This document shows positions 1 to 13,400 of a stretch of 64,000 nt of DNA, one piece after another. The stretch comes from Ascidiella aspersa (Eukaryota): NCBI GenBank assembly GCA_963924565.1, contig OZ004611.1, positions 26,536,001 through 26,600,000 on the forward strand. Direction: 5' to 3'. Both the position numbers and the translations under genes were made by a program. Numbering within the stretch: position 1 is the stretch's first letter; each line of letters begins with the position of its first letter. The notes under the pieces were generated by a model, which did no database searches, was not told where the DNA came from, and saw nothing but the letters and a program-made list of their open reading frames with translations.

Positions 1-1166
1 TGAGAAACACATTTGAAACGAGAGACACGCTATACGGGTTTTCAACGAAAGTTACCCGCTTTAAACCAGTATTTGGAGTTTGGTTTAGTATTTTCGTTTT
101 GTTGATATAATATTTTAACCGCTGAAAAATGTTTATACAGACTTTAGGCGAAAATTCCATAATAAGTGAAAACATAACCTAAACATAACGTGTCTAAGAA
201 GTATACTTATTTAATTAAATACTGCCAGATTCAAACAAACCTGGCCAGTAAACGAATTCATTTTGTCAAGCAATTTTCGTCCAACATTTAAATATAAACT
301 TAAATACAAAAACATCGCTATGCATAAAATAGGAATCTGTTGAGACGTCAAATATTGATAAACAAGGTATCAGTTATTTGCATCCTCGTTTTGAAAAAAT
401 AACACTAGTGATTTCGCCCAAACGAACCGTAACGCCCTTGAAGCCGCAATAGCGCACACATTAAAACAATATGGCCCCGGTCAAAGAGGAACGAAATATA
501 TTGGGAGCTCGACACTAAGCTCATTACAGGCAGGAGAACCCGAATGACGTTTGACCGTCGTGCTTATACCTTGCTTTACCGTGGCACGTGCAATTACAAA
601 GCGTGTATTTGGAGCCAGCGGCTAATCCGGGTCGCAAGTGTATTAAAGGGCACCTGACCCGCGACGCGATCGCGGATTAATTGCGACGGGAATATGAAAT
701 ACGCACTCGACGTCGCGAGATTCGACGCGCGAACGAGAATTGGACCAGCTTGCACATGGCCTCTCTGAAAGCTGCCAGACTAGACCTTTTCCATTTCCAA
801 TTTTCTCTCGTTTTTTAAACCGTCGAAGAGTTTTTAAAGCGGTGCAAAAGCGCAAGTTAAGTTTTTAAAACAGTGATTTTTTTCTTTTTTTACCTGTGAT
901 TCGGCATTTTTTTACTTTGTTGAAGCTTCTGGTCGATATTTGATATTTCGTCGTTATTCAACACTTAAAAAGTACACCCTCGCCTTAAAAGCAGCCAATT
1001 TTCCTACTAAAACAGGCATAAAAATTGGAGCTGCCTGACTCTAAGGTGGCCATGTATGCCGAGCCTCTACCTTAAATACCAAGCCTCAACATTGCTTTGC
1101 ATTTGACCATTTTAAACTCCAGCAGATTAAGTAGGAAAACATACGCAAGATAAAATTCAACTCATA

Positions 1167-1340
1167 TAGTAAGAATATCAAAGCCCATACAAAAGTAGGT
1201 ATCATTTTGAACGTTTCGAATATCTCTTTATTCATTTTCAACATCTGTTTTGAAAATGAATATGTTGAAAATAAATAAAGATATATATTCGAACGTTCAA
1301 TATGATATCTACTTCAGTATGGGCGTTGATATTCTTACTA
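1167..1340. mobile_element. Palindromic MITE-like element, family A
   Basis: tagtaagaatatcaaagcccatac...gtatgggcgttgatattcttacta with ~75-bp inverted arms. Partial copies at ~35911-35982 and 44972-45048. Confidence 0.8.
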
Positions 1341-4300
1341 TGTCTTACTAAAAGCTCTAACCATCATGCTCCAAAATTCAAGTCACTTTCAAGGTAGAGT
1401 AACCTGACCTAATTAAAGGTTTATTTCAATACAAATAGGGCGATAAGAATAAAACAGTTCTACCCAGGACACGGCCCTTAAACGAACAGGTCCCCTAACC
1501 GTCCCGAACCCTTCAGTGTTTAGCAGTTGCGCAAAACACATTCTGAACTCGTTCAGAGCGAATGCACTTGTCTGCCTGCGTAAGAGGCCCGAAGCACTCC
1601 TACCTGGAGCTGCAGGAAAGGCGGCGGCTTAGCGGGTGCCTTGTGTGCAATGTAACACTAAGGTATTAAATGCCGAGTTATGCTCCGCGAAGGGGTGTTG
1701 CTTTTGAACCGCTTTGTTCATCTAGTATTTGTGTATATTCTCTTTGCAGTCTGTGTTTTAAGACAGCTATCCAAAATTGTTCGAAACTGTATCCGTTACG
1801 AATCGTCGCAATCTTTGTTAACGACAGTGGGTAGCTCTTTGGAAACGGATTATACTATTTTCAGTATTGTATTCTGTGCTTACAGGCTATGTTCACTGTT
1901 TAAACTGTATTTGGTTACACAATTTCCAATGTAGTACTTTATGTTTTTTCGGGAATATGTGCAGCTGTTTAAAAATCTATCCTATTTTTTTTAGTGTGTT
2001 TTAAACGGCGATGTGCTGCTGTTGGATTTGGTCTTTGGTTATTTTGTTGGCACTGGTTATTAGTATATGTTTTAAACAGTCTTAAGGTATTGTTTTTGTT
2101 GTATTGTATCTGTGTTTTAAAGGTTATGTGCAACTGATTGGAAGGATGTTTGGATTTTCTTTTTGCAATGTCGTAGTATGTGTGCTAAACGGCCAGGTTT
2201 GATTTTCGTCATCACATAGTTTCGGTGGATAGTATTTAAGGCTGAGGATAGACCTAAATCTACAATTGCTATTGGTATATCTTTACAATTCTGAATGCGA
2301 TTTGGAAACATTTTATTCCTAATCTCAGGATGACGAATGTTTCAGATTTAGATTTACGATAAACGTTTTGGAAGCAAATTCACTCGATAATTGTGAGTAA
2401 ATGGTAATCGATTTTTGTCTTTCGGAACGCCGTTTGGAAAACCGTCTTACGCCCATCGAAGAAACAATCGCAGACCCTCGTATATCATTGCACGGCCGCC
2501 GACAAATATTGTCTGGCAAAATCACCGGGGGTAACTAATTACTGAATCACGGTTGCGCTATTAATCGATGCCTTGCCAATGGAAGTGCGCTTGGCAGCAT
2601 CGAACAGCAAAGGCAATCATGGTCCGGGGTTAGAGATAAAAGCTGAATAAGACGACCAGGGATTTGATGGAATGTATTAAAAGTCGATCCGTAATGCAAT
2701 GTATTATAATGGTGTTTCGATTGCGCGTGAAAAGCAATGACACACTGTGTTAGTGTGTCTAGAGGTCAACGACCGTGAGGGTGCGTCTTTCGACAGTTCG
2801 ACAGCAAAGCTATCGATTCGCGTTACTTTGGTGCCAATGGTACTGTGTTTCGGCCGCGAACATACATCTGTAAAATGTATAATATTTGTCATAATGATGT
2901 GCATTGTGCATTCACACCAAGAATAATTCTAAGTAAATACCTGATAATACCTACGCCATTAATTAATACATCTCTATTTTACTTCGAATTAAACGACTGA
3001 CTCAGATATTATGCCTTATCATTCTAACAAACGTTCACTTCGTTTTGAAGTCATTGTCGTCATTTACTTACAAGGGCTGGGCGATATTTCTTATAAATGC
3101 TAAGTGTGGTTATATAGGGTAATCAGGTGGCACTATATAGAGACACATTGCATTGAAATCTTGACAAGCTTTCGCACAACCGTGCTTTATCAGGTCAAAG
3201 TAGAAAATCTTTGACTTTAAATAGTACCGCTTGATTACTCTATTTAGAATTATACAAATACGACCATTTACAAAAAGATTTACTGCTATATGTTTATGTC
3301 TATGAACTGTGTATGGTTTCAATAGCGGAATCGATACACGGCTTAAAGAGGACTTTTTTAAAGATCGTGTCGGATTGGAGAGAGACGAATATACATTCCG
3401 GGCACGAACTGCTGTCAGGTTGTCGACCTTGTTCTCACAATCCTCTTACAAGTCATTTCCTTGTGGCATTTGCTGAGCTGTTAATTAAGTGTTCGGCCGC
3501 AGTGTTTGAAATACTTCGCTGCGTGCAGACCCATACATTTTGTATTGCAATGCTAATAGGGTAAAATGGACAGTAAACATGGTCAAGAAAACATCTGTTA
3601 TTCAAACTCATTTTTTACAGGAGTGATATTTTGGCTATGAGCTAAGGTATTTACTGGTTGAAGATGTCAAATTTGCTGTTTTCATTTTTACCTCACAGAT
3701 ACTTGTGATGCCCTGTAATGCGTTTTTTTTTCTGGAATGCTCTTTAATAATTCCAGTATCAACGTTTTTAGCGTAAATTCAGTATGTTTGTTTTATTCCT
3801 GAATTGTGACTTATTTTTTCTTTAACATCAGTTTGTTGTCTTTATTTAATAGTAACTTAAGAAGTTAATTACCAGATAGAAACACTTGAATACCAGATTA
3901 AATCTGGAACACCTGGGAAGTTAGGGAACCTATGGAAAGGGTTAGAAAGTATAAAGGTTGCGAACCACTGGTTTATGTTATTTGCAGTAGGGCGGGATAT
4001 AAACAACGATGTTAAGGAAAGATTTTGACAGTCGATGGCGGAAGTTCGGAACTCGAATGGGCGGAATTCGTGAAAGTAAAACTTTATTTAAAAACTTTAT
4101 TTGCAAAACAGAACAAGTGTGACTATATATCATTTATAAGTTTTGTGGATTAGCGAGGTTTACTGGAATGAGACTTGAACGACCTTACAGTTTAAGATAC
4201 GCGATAATCAGGAATAACACCTTGAAATATATTTGTATGGTTTGAAATTAATTCATGTCAGAAAAACATTTTTAGGCAAAAGTTGATGGAATAACATACT

Positions 4301-5859
4301 GCTGAATGAAGCGGGGAATACGAGAAAACGTTTAAAAAGTATGTTTTATACAGCGTTATGCCAGAGTTTATCTCGGTCTTACATATTGACGAAGAAAAGA
4401 AAATGGCGATTCAGTTATTAAGAATCAGTTTGTACCAAACTTGTCGCCTACATTTAAACTTGGTAGCACTTGGTGATTCATTCACCTTTTGCGTCACAAA
4501 TGGATTCCTACCTTGCGTGGCCGGGCAGTTGATCCCATATGTTGTAATTGAACGCAATCGGAAAACATCCCAAATTTTGAGCTCGGTCGCTGTCTAGAAC
4601 ATGAAGCGATTTTGTGGTTTACAGATTGCACCATTATCAAAGGTATTGACATCTGACGATAACATTCAAGTGGAATATTTAGTTTTTTGGACTTTGGCAT
4701 TACAATTATCTTTACCGAAACTTGTCCACAAGATGCAATCTGCAACCTGCTATTAGAATTGTAGTGGTTAAAGTAAAACTACTGATTTTAAACATGTTCA
4801 TTAGACTTCAATGTTGCCGTTGTTGCATGAAAAGTTACTTGAAAAACATTACCGTTACGCGGCTTTAGTATAACGGTTGAATAGAGAAAAATGTTCCGCG
4901 ATATGTCAACAAAAAGTCAAGGCTAGTTTGTTGTATTTGTTCACAACTAATTGTACGCAAGGGCTGTCCAGGTGCCATACGAGAGCTTCTTCTGCCACAT
5001 TTGACAAATTTTGGGGCATACTTGCGTTTGAATTATGGCAGCTGTCGTATTTTATTTGTCAGTGTGAGTTAGTTTGTATAGCCCACATTAAATGTATTAC
5101 AATATTATCCACAAATATGTGTGTAGCACGAGCTTGTCATAAAGTAAAAAAAAAATTGTCTCTGAAATATTGTTGTGGTCCATAATAACTATCCTTCTGT
5201 ATTTGGGGCTGTAAAAGAGTTAGTTTTGTAACTTCAAGTTATGGGTTTTACTGAGCATCATTAAATTTTCGAAAAGTGGGTAATTATGAAATCAGGCAGT
5301 AACGCAGCAAAGGTAAATAGCTAGCAGGTGCTAAGCGATTAAAAAATTTATATAAACACTGTCCTATTGACATCATTAAAAACTCTAGCAACCCTTGCAT
5401 AACGGTAAAAGAAGATTGACGCTAAAAACAGGAATTTCCACCGGGCTTTAGGTTTTCCCGTGTTTGCTCGCTGTTCATCACAAGCCAAAGCAACGGCTTC
5501 CGATAGAAAAGTGTACTAGTAGTGCAATAAGTGCAATAACAAGTGTCGTTATCGATGCCAGAAACGTGTGTGGCCGATTGACTATTTCAAGCCAGCCTGG
5601 GATCCCGTCCGCCTTCAGGCAAAGTCGCAAACACCTCTGTGGAATACAGCCTGTAGAGTTGGAGCCGGTTTCCAGTGGTTCTGAACCAACTTCGCTACCT
5701 GGGCTTACGTCCCTGGCTTAATGATACTTGTTACTTCATACAGTTTAATTCGCAGCAAATGGTGATTGCTGTTTGGTGGAAAATGGAAAACACCTGATTG
5801 GTCGCTTTATTTGAATAACGAAACTGTATTAATAGCAAACTAAAACTCCTTTCACCTTC

Positions 5860-6356
5860 AGGCGAGGGAACGCAGCCTTAAACAAGGTAGCCATCGCATC
5901 GGGAGTGCAACTAGCATCGGCCGTGGGAACCTGCACGCACTTCAAAGGGCCTGACCTTTATCACGTGGTGTTAAGGCGGCGGCGACTTCTTTCTTCGCCC
6001 GAGCGCTGCCAAGAAGCCGCGGCGTAGATTGCCGGATATACTTGTCAAGGCAGCGCAGGGGCGAGATGGTAGCGTGCCCGTATAGGTGCGAAGGCGAACT
6101 TTGCGCGGCCCGTGGCATTTTCGCGGCGGTGCCCCCCTGGCCCTGCGTCCTGCCAAACTGAGGTGTTTATTAGCGCCGGCGCCGCTCCTTCCTATCTGGC
6201 ACGGTTTGAGGTTCGTCTCCTGATCTCTTTCTGCATCCGCTGGCATTTGGGGATAGCTCCGTTTCGTTGGCGGATGGCCACAGTTCAAGAGCTTAGCGAA
6301 ATTTGTCTTAAGACACGGCAAAGCAGAAGGTAGAATATGTGCTTATCGAATTTCAA
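5860..6356 (+). promoter_or_regulatory. Probable ZEB promoter / non-coding first exon
   Basis: GC/CpG-rich block ending at a consensus donor (caa|gtaagt at 6357) that could pair with the acceptor at 6709. TSS position not determinable. Confidence 0.5.
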
Positions 6357-6957
6357 GTAAGTCAGAAGTTTTTCAAATTAAGAAATTATAGATTTCCGCG
6401 CTCAGAAAGAGTGGAGTAGACTTACGTAAAACTTTCAGGGTGTTTATGGTACGAAACAGAGGGTTGGTATGACAAGTCTTTAGATCACATTCTTCAGATT
6501 GAGCGATACTGCTCTAAACTGTGTCGACTTTGTGTGAATGTTGTGGATGCAGCAGAATATATGATTGTGATTTTAAACCTTTCTATTCAATCATGTGTAT
6601 TTTTTTAAATATTTTGTCATGTTAGATCAAAAATGGTGTCTCAATTTTCGGCGAAAACGTCGCCTTGTAAACATTATTTTATACTGATCAACGCAACTTT
6701 TGTTTTTAGGTAATAATTAAGCTAGAGAAAATCACAATTTGCCAGTTGTATAAACACAAAAACGGCACCGGTGACACAATTGCAATAAGTCTTCAAGAAA
6801 CGTGACATCGGGCCGAACAACTCCAGGCAATTTGATGAATGACAGCGATCGCGCAACGCAAAGTGGCAACTCCACCGTTTAAAACGCAGAGGAGCTTTAG
6901 CGACGTGAAACAAAAATCCAGGCGCCTTCGCCAATCGCAAAAGAAAGCGCCTAAGCT

Positions 6958-7414
6958 ATGAACGAGCTTCCAAGCAGGCAGGCCTCGGCGCTGGAGCAAG
7001 CCGATCCAGCAGCGGCTACAGGAAAAGGAAAATCAGGCCTTTCCTCAGGTGCCTTGAGAGCCGCGGAGATCCCATTGTTCGGTTGCTCGCTCCTGCCGGA
7101 CGAAAGGTTGGGCACGAAGCCAGGCAAAGGGAGCAGAGTCAATAACAACACCGTCGCCTATTCAGCAGCGCGCCAACGGGAAGTGAAGGCACCATTACCG
7201 GTGCAGCTTTCTGCCGCTAACACAGCTACAGCGTTCGAGGGACTTACCGATGCTGCCGAAGGTGAAAATTCCAAGCTTCCCACTGAGCGAGGCGCGGATG
7301 CGATGACTGTTGGTGGTGATGACGCTGTGCCGAGTAAAGATGAAGCGGCCAAGATTGAGGAATTGCGAGGCGCCAAGGAACCCATAGACGGCGAGGGCTA
7401 CGTTCTTACACCAG
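6958..7414 (+). CDS. ZEB: ZEB coding exon 1 (MNELPSRQ...YVLTP), low-complexity N-terminus
   Basis: ATG 6958 follows an in-frame TAA (6952-6954). Donor CCAG|gtcggt is phase 1, matching the next exon. Upstream acceptor tttttag ends at 6709. Confidence 0.75.
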
Positions 7415-10400
7415 GTCGGTTAGACTCGTTGGTTTTTCGTTGCTTATATTAGGGTTTTGATATTGTGTTGCCGCAAAGCTGCGTAAACGCGACAAAGCAA
7501 ACGATCGGAGTGTTTTAAGATTTTTTCATCTTCAAAAAATTAATGTTTGGTTGTATCGTTCTACCTAATCAGCTACAGGCCCACGTGGTTACAATCCTAT
7601 TCACACCACGAGTTTTATTATCACACTACATTAAATAAATCACGATGAAACATTTAAACTTGTGATAGATTTCATAAAACGAGAACTACTACGAAAATTG
7701 TGTTAAACCAATTATTTTCGACCGGTGTTCCATGGTGGTAGTATTTTCTAATAATAATTTACAGTACTGTTGCGGCTACTAAAAATGTTAATCCTTACAT
7801 TTACATGTCTACCATCCTTATATTTGGTCGATATGTTTTAAATTTGACTATTATAGCCCGATACCGTTTTGGTCAGAATGGTTAGGTACAAATGTTTCTA
7901 AAAATCGCTCTACTGTATAAAAATATAGCAGCTTGTTCCTTAACGCAAATTTAACGTATTCAGTGGAGTGTCATTAAAAATTAAAACATACTAGAGAACC
8001 AGTAAAATCAAAATGCAATTTGCCAATGAACCCGAACGCACAAAAATAACATTTTGTACTTTATAAAATCTCTTTATAAGATGTACCAGCAGACTCAAAG
8101 TGCGTGAAGGTCAAAACCCGCTTAAACATACACAGGCCTTTTACGTGGGCACGAATTTGCGCGGCTCCTTCAACCATTTCTCACCGTTCAATACGCACGT
8201 AACACGGAGGCGCGAAAATAACTTTTCAAGGAAACTGGGACGCTGATGACCCTGGACTGTTTGTGGCGATGGCTGCGATGCACCTATAGGCAGAGTGGGT
8301 TTGAAAGTGCTGAGAAGGGCACTTTTCGCCGTGACAGCATTTCGCACACCACCTTTAAGCCCGGGCCAATGGAGGAAGTAAGCCAAGGCGCGCACAAACG
8401 AATACCAACCTTAGGGAAAGTTTGGGACCTTCGCATTGTTACACCTCGAATCGACATGTGCCGCGCGGTCATTGCTGTCGAATATTTTACTATGGGCGCT
8501 CGGATTATTTTGCAAGGTGTATTATTATAACCGTTATTTATTTGTCGATATTGTAGCTTTTAAATGGCGTTTGGTTGCCATTGGTATCTTGCACGCGCCT
8601 TAGTTAAGGTTTTGTAATCGTTAGTTCCCTGGTGTTCAGAATGCAAATTGTTTTGACAACGTTTGTACTTTTGTGGTTGTATCCGGTGTTATGACATGGA
8701 TACGTTTTTGACAACGCACTCTCCTCTAACCAAGAAATGTAGTGACCTCCCTTATGAGTAATATGAGTAATACGTGTTTCCAGATACACTATGGAGTGAA
8801 GTTATTGTTTAAAGATTTACGCCTGTTGAATAATGGTCAACAAGGAAATTTTAAAAATCACTTTTTTGCGGAAACTTATTGTTTAGTTTTTACTTACTTT
8901 AGAGATTCTATGTAGGTAACCTTATGATTACTCCATTTATTTTTCGTCACGAGAGCATGTAAACAAAGTAGAAAGATTGAGCATAATGGCCAGAACAGTG
9001 GTTCTCACCCTTTTTTCTTTCGTGGCCCATTTACGTTGCAAAAAAATTCTGTGGCCCAATAAATTTTCATAAAAGAAAAAAACTGTAAAATAGGTTTAGA
9101 ACAAAGTACAGCAGAACATATTTGCAAACAGATAATTTATTCAACCACGCATTAATGAGATACTTGCGGCTGAACAATAAATCTACATTCTTTTTTAATT
9201 CCTTCTGAAGTCATTATTCCTGTAAAATTAAATATAGTGACACAAATGAAACTAAAAGATTTTAAAATTGGTCTGTGGCCCACCTCAAATGTTCTTGTGG
9301 CCCACCAGTGAGCCATGGCCCACTGTTTGAGAACCGCTGGGCTAGAGGTTGTAGTTAAAACTAGAACAAAAAGATATGCTACCTACATCTGTATGAGCTT
9401 TAATATTCATTGTACTTTAAAGTGAAGAGATTTGAAACAAACGTGTTCTTTCGAGTGAAATTCAGTAGACATCATTCACAGTGCCACTGTTTACCGTTTT
9501 GGGGCAACAGGGGCCAGTGCATTTTCGAAAAAGGCCTAACCCGGCATTTTGCAAGTTTAAATCGCTCGCATTTGTAAAAAAACTGCATCACACCAAAATA
9601 TAGTTGCAATCTGTTGGCAAAGCCATCAACACGAGTTTAACCGTACTTTTCCTTCAAACTCCAGACCGCCTCATGACCGGCGCCGACTGCAAGGACGCCC
9701 CCTTCTCGCTGTTCGAGAACCTTCGCACCTGTCCTTACTGCGACCGGGGCTACAAGCGTATGACGTCACTCAAGGAGCATATCAAGTACAGGTGCGTAAT
9801 GGCCGATGCGTGTTGTTTTCCGTGTCCTGGCGACGGCACCCGAAGTTAATTGGGGACTCCTGGGACTGGCACCGCGGCGGCTTGTAGCTATGCAGCGCTA
9901 TTACCGGCAAAAACGAAGACACGCGCATGTTTGGTAGTTACTCTTTTCTTGCACCGAAATAACGTGGAGGGTATAATTATAAAGCCGACGAAACCTGCTG
10001 CGCCGTTTTGGGCACGTAAGATTCACGCCATTGTTTTTTTTTTTAAGTTAACTTAAGTCAAACGTTTTTCATATAAACACAAAAAAGGCAGTGTTTCTTT
10101 GACCAATCGCCTACTCTATGAACTTATTACAACGTTAGGTTAGCAACGTTACAACAGTCATTTATTTTATCTAATCAGTTGTTTTGGCCTTTGTGCCTTA
10201 ATAGCTTACAGGTTTGTCGCATTGCCCTTTATTATAATTATAACCGCTTTGAAATATATAATGGAATACAATTTTGGGCAAAAATAGTACTTATGGTAAT
10301 ATAAATCAGGCACTTTTATATAGTGAAGAAACGACTGTTTGAGTTTTGATATCTTAAAAAATCTCATGAACTTTCGATAAACGTTGCATTTATCTTCCAC

Positions 10401-13400
10401 GTAGCTGTTTATTAGGAATTCAATTCGTCAGCTAATCTTTAATCCAAGCAAGCCGTAAGTCAACGAATTGTGACGGATTAGCCAATGCTAGTTCCTCAGC
10501 AAAAAAACAACTATTGCACTATCACGTGGATGATATTAATTTGTTGGTGACGTAATGCCTATTGGTATACTGCAGCGTAGCCATTTTGTACAGCCTGTGA
10601 TCACAATATAGTTAGTATGGGTTCGGTCATTAAGGCAAAAACTTGATAGCTTTGAAAAAACGGCAATATCAACAAAAGTTTAAGGCCGGCGAATTAACGG
10701 AAAAATGGAAATACAACAGTTTGAAATCTTCTGCTTTTTAAAGTTTATCCTTAAATGTTGTTCGCTAATGATAGATTATAGCGGAACAAATTTAAGTTTT
10801 TGTTCGACAAATTGAGCTTCGTAATAAACGGGACCAACCCAATTGTAATCACACCCAATATCGGTATTTGATCGTAAACACAATTAGACAAATTACCCCA
10901 TTAATTGAATAATTGACTCTGTAAATCACAGGCACGAAAAGAACGAGAACAACTACATGTGCGCGATCTGCAACTACACTTTCGCCTTCAAAACTCAGTT
11001 GGACCGGCATTCTGCTTCTCACAAGCCGGGAAGAGATAAGGTAAACGACGATATACTTTACGTAGACGCCTTAAATTTGAGTTAGGCTGTTCTAAAACCC
11101 CAAAGATGCTTATTGTGACTCAACAAATATACGTTTGGTCGGTTTGAAGGTTACAAGGTAACTTAAAGTGCATCGTTCTCCAGATAACAATTAATTATCT
11201 ACACTTATATAATTAGGTAACTGCGAAGCCGACATTTTCACTTGGTATTCTAGTGTCACTACTTTTGTGTATAAACTTACAAAAGTCTGTTGTCTGTAAT
11301 AAACAGATTCCATATGCTGTGAAAATATTTCCTAAACGATTCAGTGACGAGAACGTCAATGCTTAATATAGCTATCAGCAATGTTATTTACCACAACTTG
11401 TGACGAATTGCGTAACTTATAGTTTGAAACGAAACAGTTTAATACTAAAAAACAACAAAATCTGCAGATCCGTACTGTTACACTTGCTTGTGAATCATAC
11501 TTTCGCACGCCATACGGCGCCACGGGGTAGATATTCACGGCTCAGAAGCTCGGTGTGAGAGATACTGGACGACAACTGTCTGGCGTTGTGGCAGTGCTAC
11601 ATTAGTCACGTCGACATGCAGTGGGCACGTGGGCTTCTTTGCCATTAAACTTTCCATTTGATTCCGCGTTTCCTTTACACATTTTCCCAGTCCTGCCGAG
11701 AACAAGCTGTTTTCTTTCTCAAGTCGAGCAAATGTCGGGAGTGTTTGAGTTGGGAGAAAGGCGCTTTGCCTCGATTCCAAATACTTCTGGCCCGACGCGG
11801 ACCGCATAAGAATGTACCTGCCTAAAGTCGGTGCCAAACTCTACTCCCGTCCAAAAACACAAGCAGCTCTACTGGAAATTCCCGCCTATGTTGTCGCGCG
11901 GCACTACTGGCTGCGTTTCGGTTCCAGATTTAATCGAAAGGCAATTTCCAGCTTTTCGAGATGAATGGAATGGTTTCCTCCCTCCAGAGTGTTGAAGCCC
12001 AGTCTTAGTCATGCCGTGTGTGGCTCCTTTTGGAAGTCGTTTGATGCCGGGAAAAAGCTTATAGCTATTCACACTCCCAAATGATCGTCGTAAGATGTTT
12101 CCAGGTTGTTTTGTGTTTCAGCAAACCAGGCAAAAATACTTTGTATAAGGTATAGTTATGCCGAAAGAAGACACTATAGTGCGATCCAAACTTTGCCGAC
12201 ATAAGTTGGTAGTGTGTGAAAGCTTCTAGCAGCTTGTTTTACACGCAGATATATTGTTGCTGTTGACACAAAGAGTTTAAACATACACACACATACAAAC
12301 AATAAAACTAGAAAAACGTTAAAATAATCTGTGCGACAGTATAACTTCAATTATTGTTAAAATTGGAGGTACGACCTTTTCTGGACGAAAAAACAGGCGA
12401 TTGGCATTGTAACTGTTTAGCATTCTGTTTCAAACTATTCAACGATTCCGTTTAACAGTCCTGTTTTATGTGGTTCTTTATAATCTGCTAAGGGTGTGTA
12501 CCTTATTAGGAGCCAAGCATTATATATTTTTTGGTAAATACGTGGAAGTCTTGCGCGTATTTCAATATAGACAGAGTGTATTTTCACTGTTGGTGAAGTT
12601 AATTTTAACTTGTTAACAATATTTAACAAGACTATTATCCTTGTCTCCTTTTGACACTTAAGTATTCCGTTTTGAATTACTTGGCGTCAAAGTGATCAGG
12701 CAGCTGTCAATTCGCAATTATCCCCGCCTTCCCCTTAGCAGCACGTGCGCCGCGTATCCTGCGAAGTTCAAACGACCGCAAATTGCACAAATTGCAATCA
12801 CGGTTACTATAGTACAACGTGGCAGCAGATCCACAAACATTGAGGCTGCTGATTGGTGGTAGGATTCAGTACACCGGTGGCTATTAGGCACCACGCTATA
12901 CGCTGTGTAGGTGGCACTACTATAGGCGGTGTGCTGTGAGTTCAGCTGTCGCGGTAAACAGAGGTCCCTGGCCTTAAATCCCAAGGGAAGAGTTGCACAA
13001 CGTTGCCGATTAGCTCACCTCACCGCAGTAATCGAAATCGCTTAAGAGATATTCAAGGCCGCCTTTGCTTAGCTTAAAGGCTCTCGGCTCTATTTTAAAC
13101 GCTTTTGTTTTGAGCTCTGGTTTGAAACTTTTGGTTTTTAATCAAACGACGTTGCTACACCATCGACTGAATTCCACAGATGCTTGTCTGAGATATATAT
13201 TTAACAAATCTTAACTGTGTGAACATGGTTCTACACGTGGAAAAATGGAACCATTCAAATACATCATACTAACTAGATTTACAATAGACAAGTATTCTCA
13301 AAGTTTTTTGTTTTCGACCTACTTTGTGGAAATAAAATATATTCGCTGCACTCTTTCTAAAACAAAATTATCAATTACTAGACGGTAAAGTAATATTTAA

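Noticed and set aside
3950-3972. Isolated hAT-type TIR ends (also ~20460-20474, 23430-23445, 38610-38640)
   Set aside because: Only one recognisable end each, so boundaries cannot be supported.
6274-6333. MATVQELSEICLKTRQSRR as the true first coding exon
   Set aside because: Its phase-2 donor has no convincing in-frame acceptor before 6958, and splicing to 6710 meets stop codons. Kept only as a uORF.
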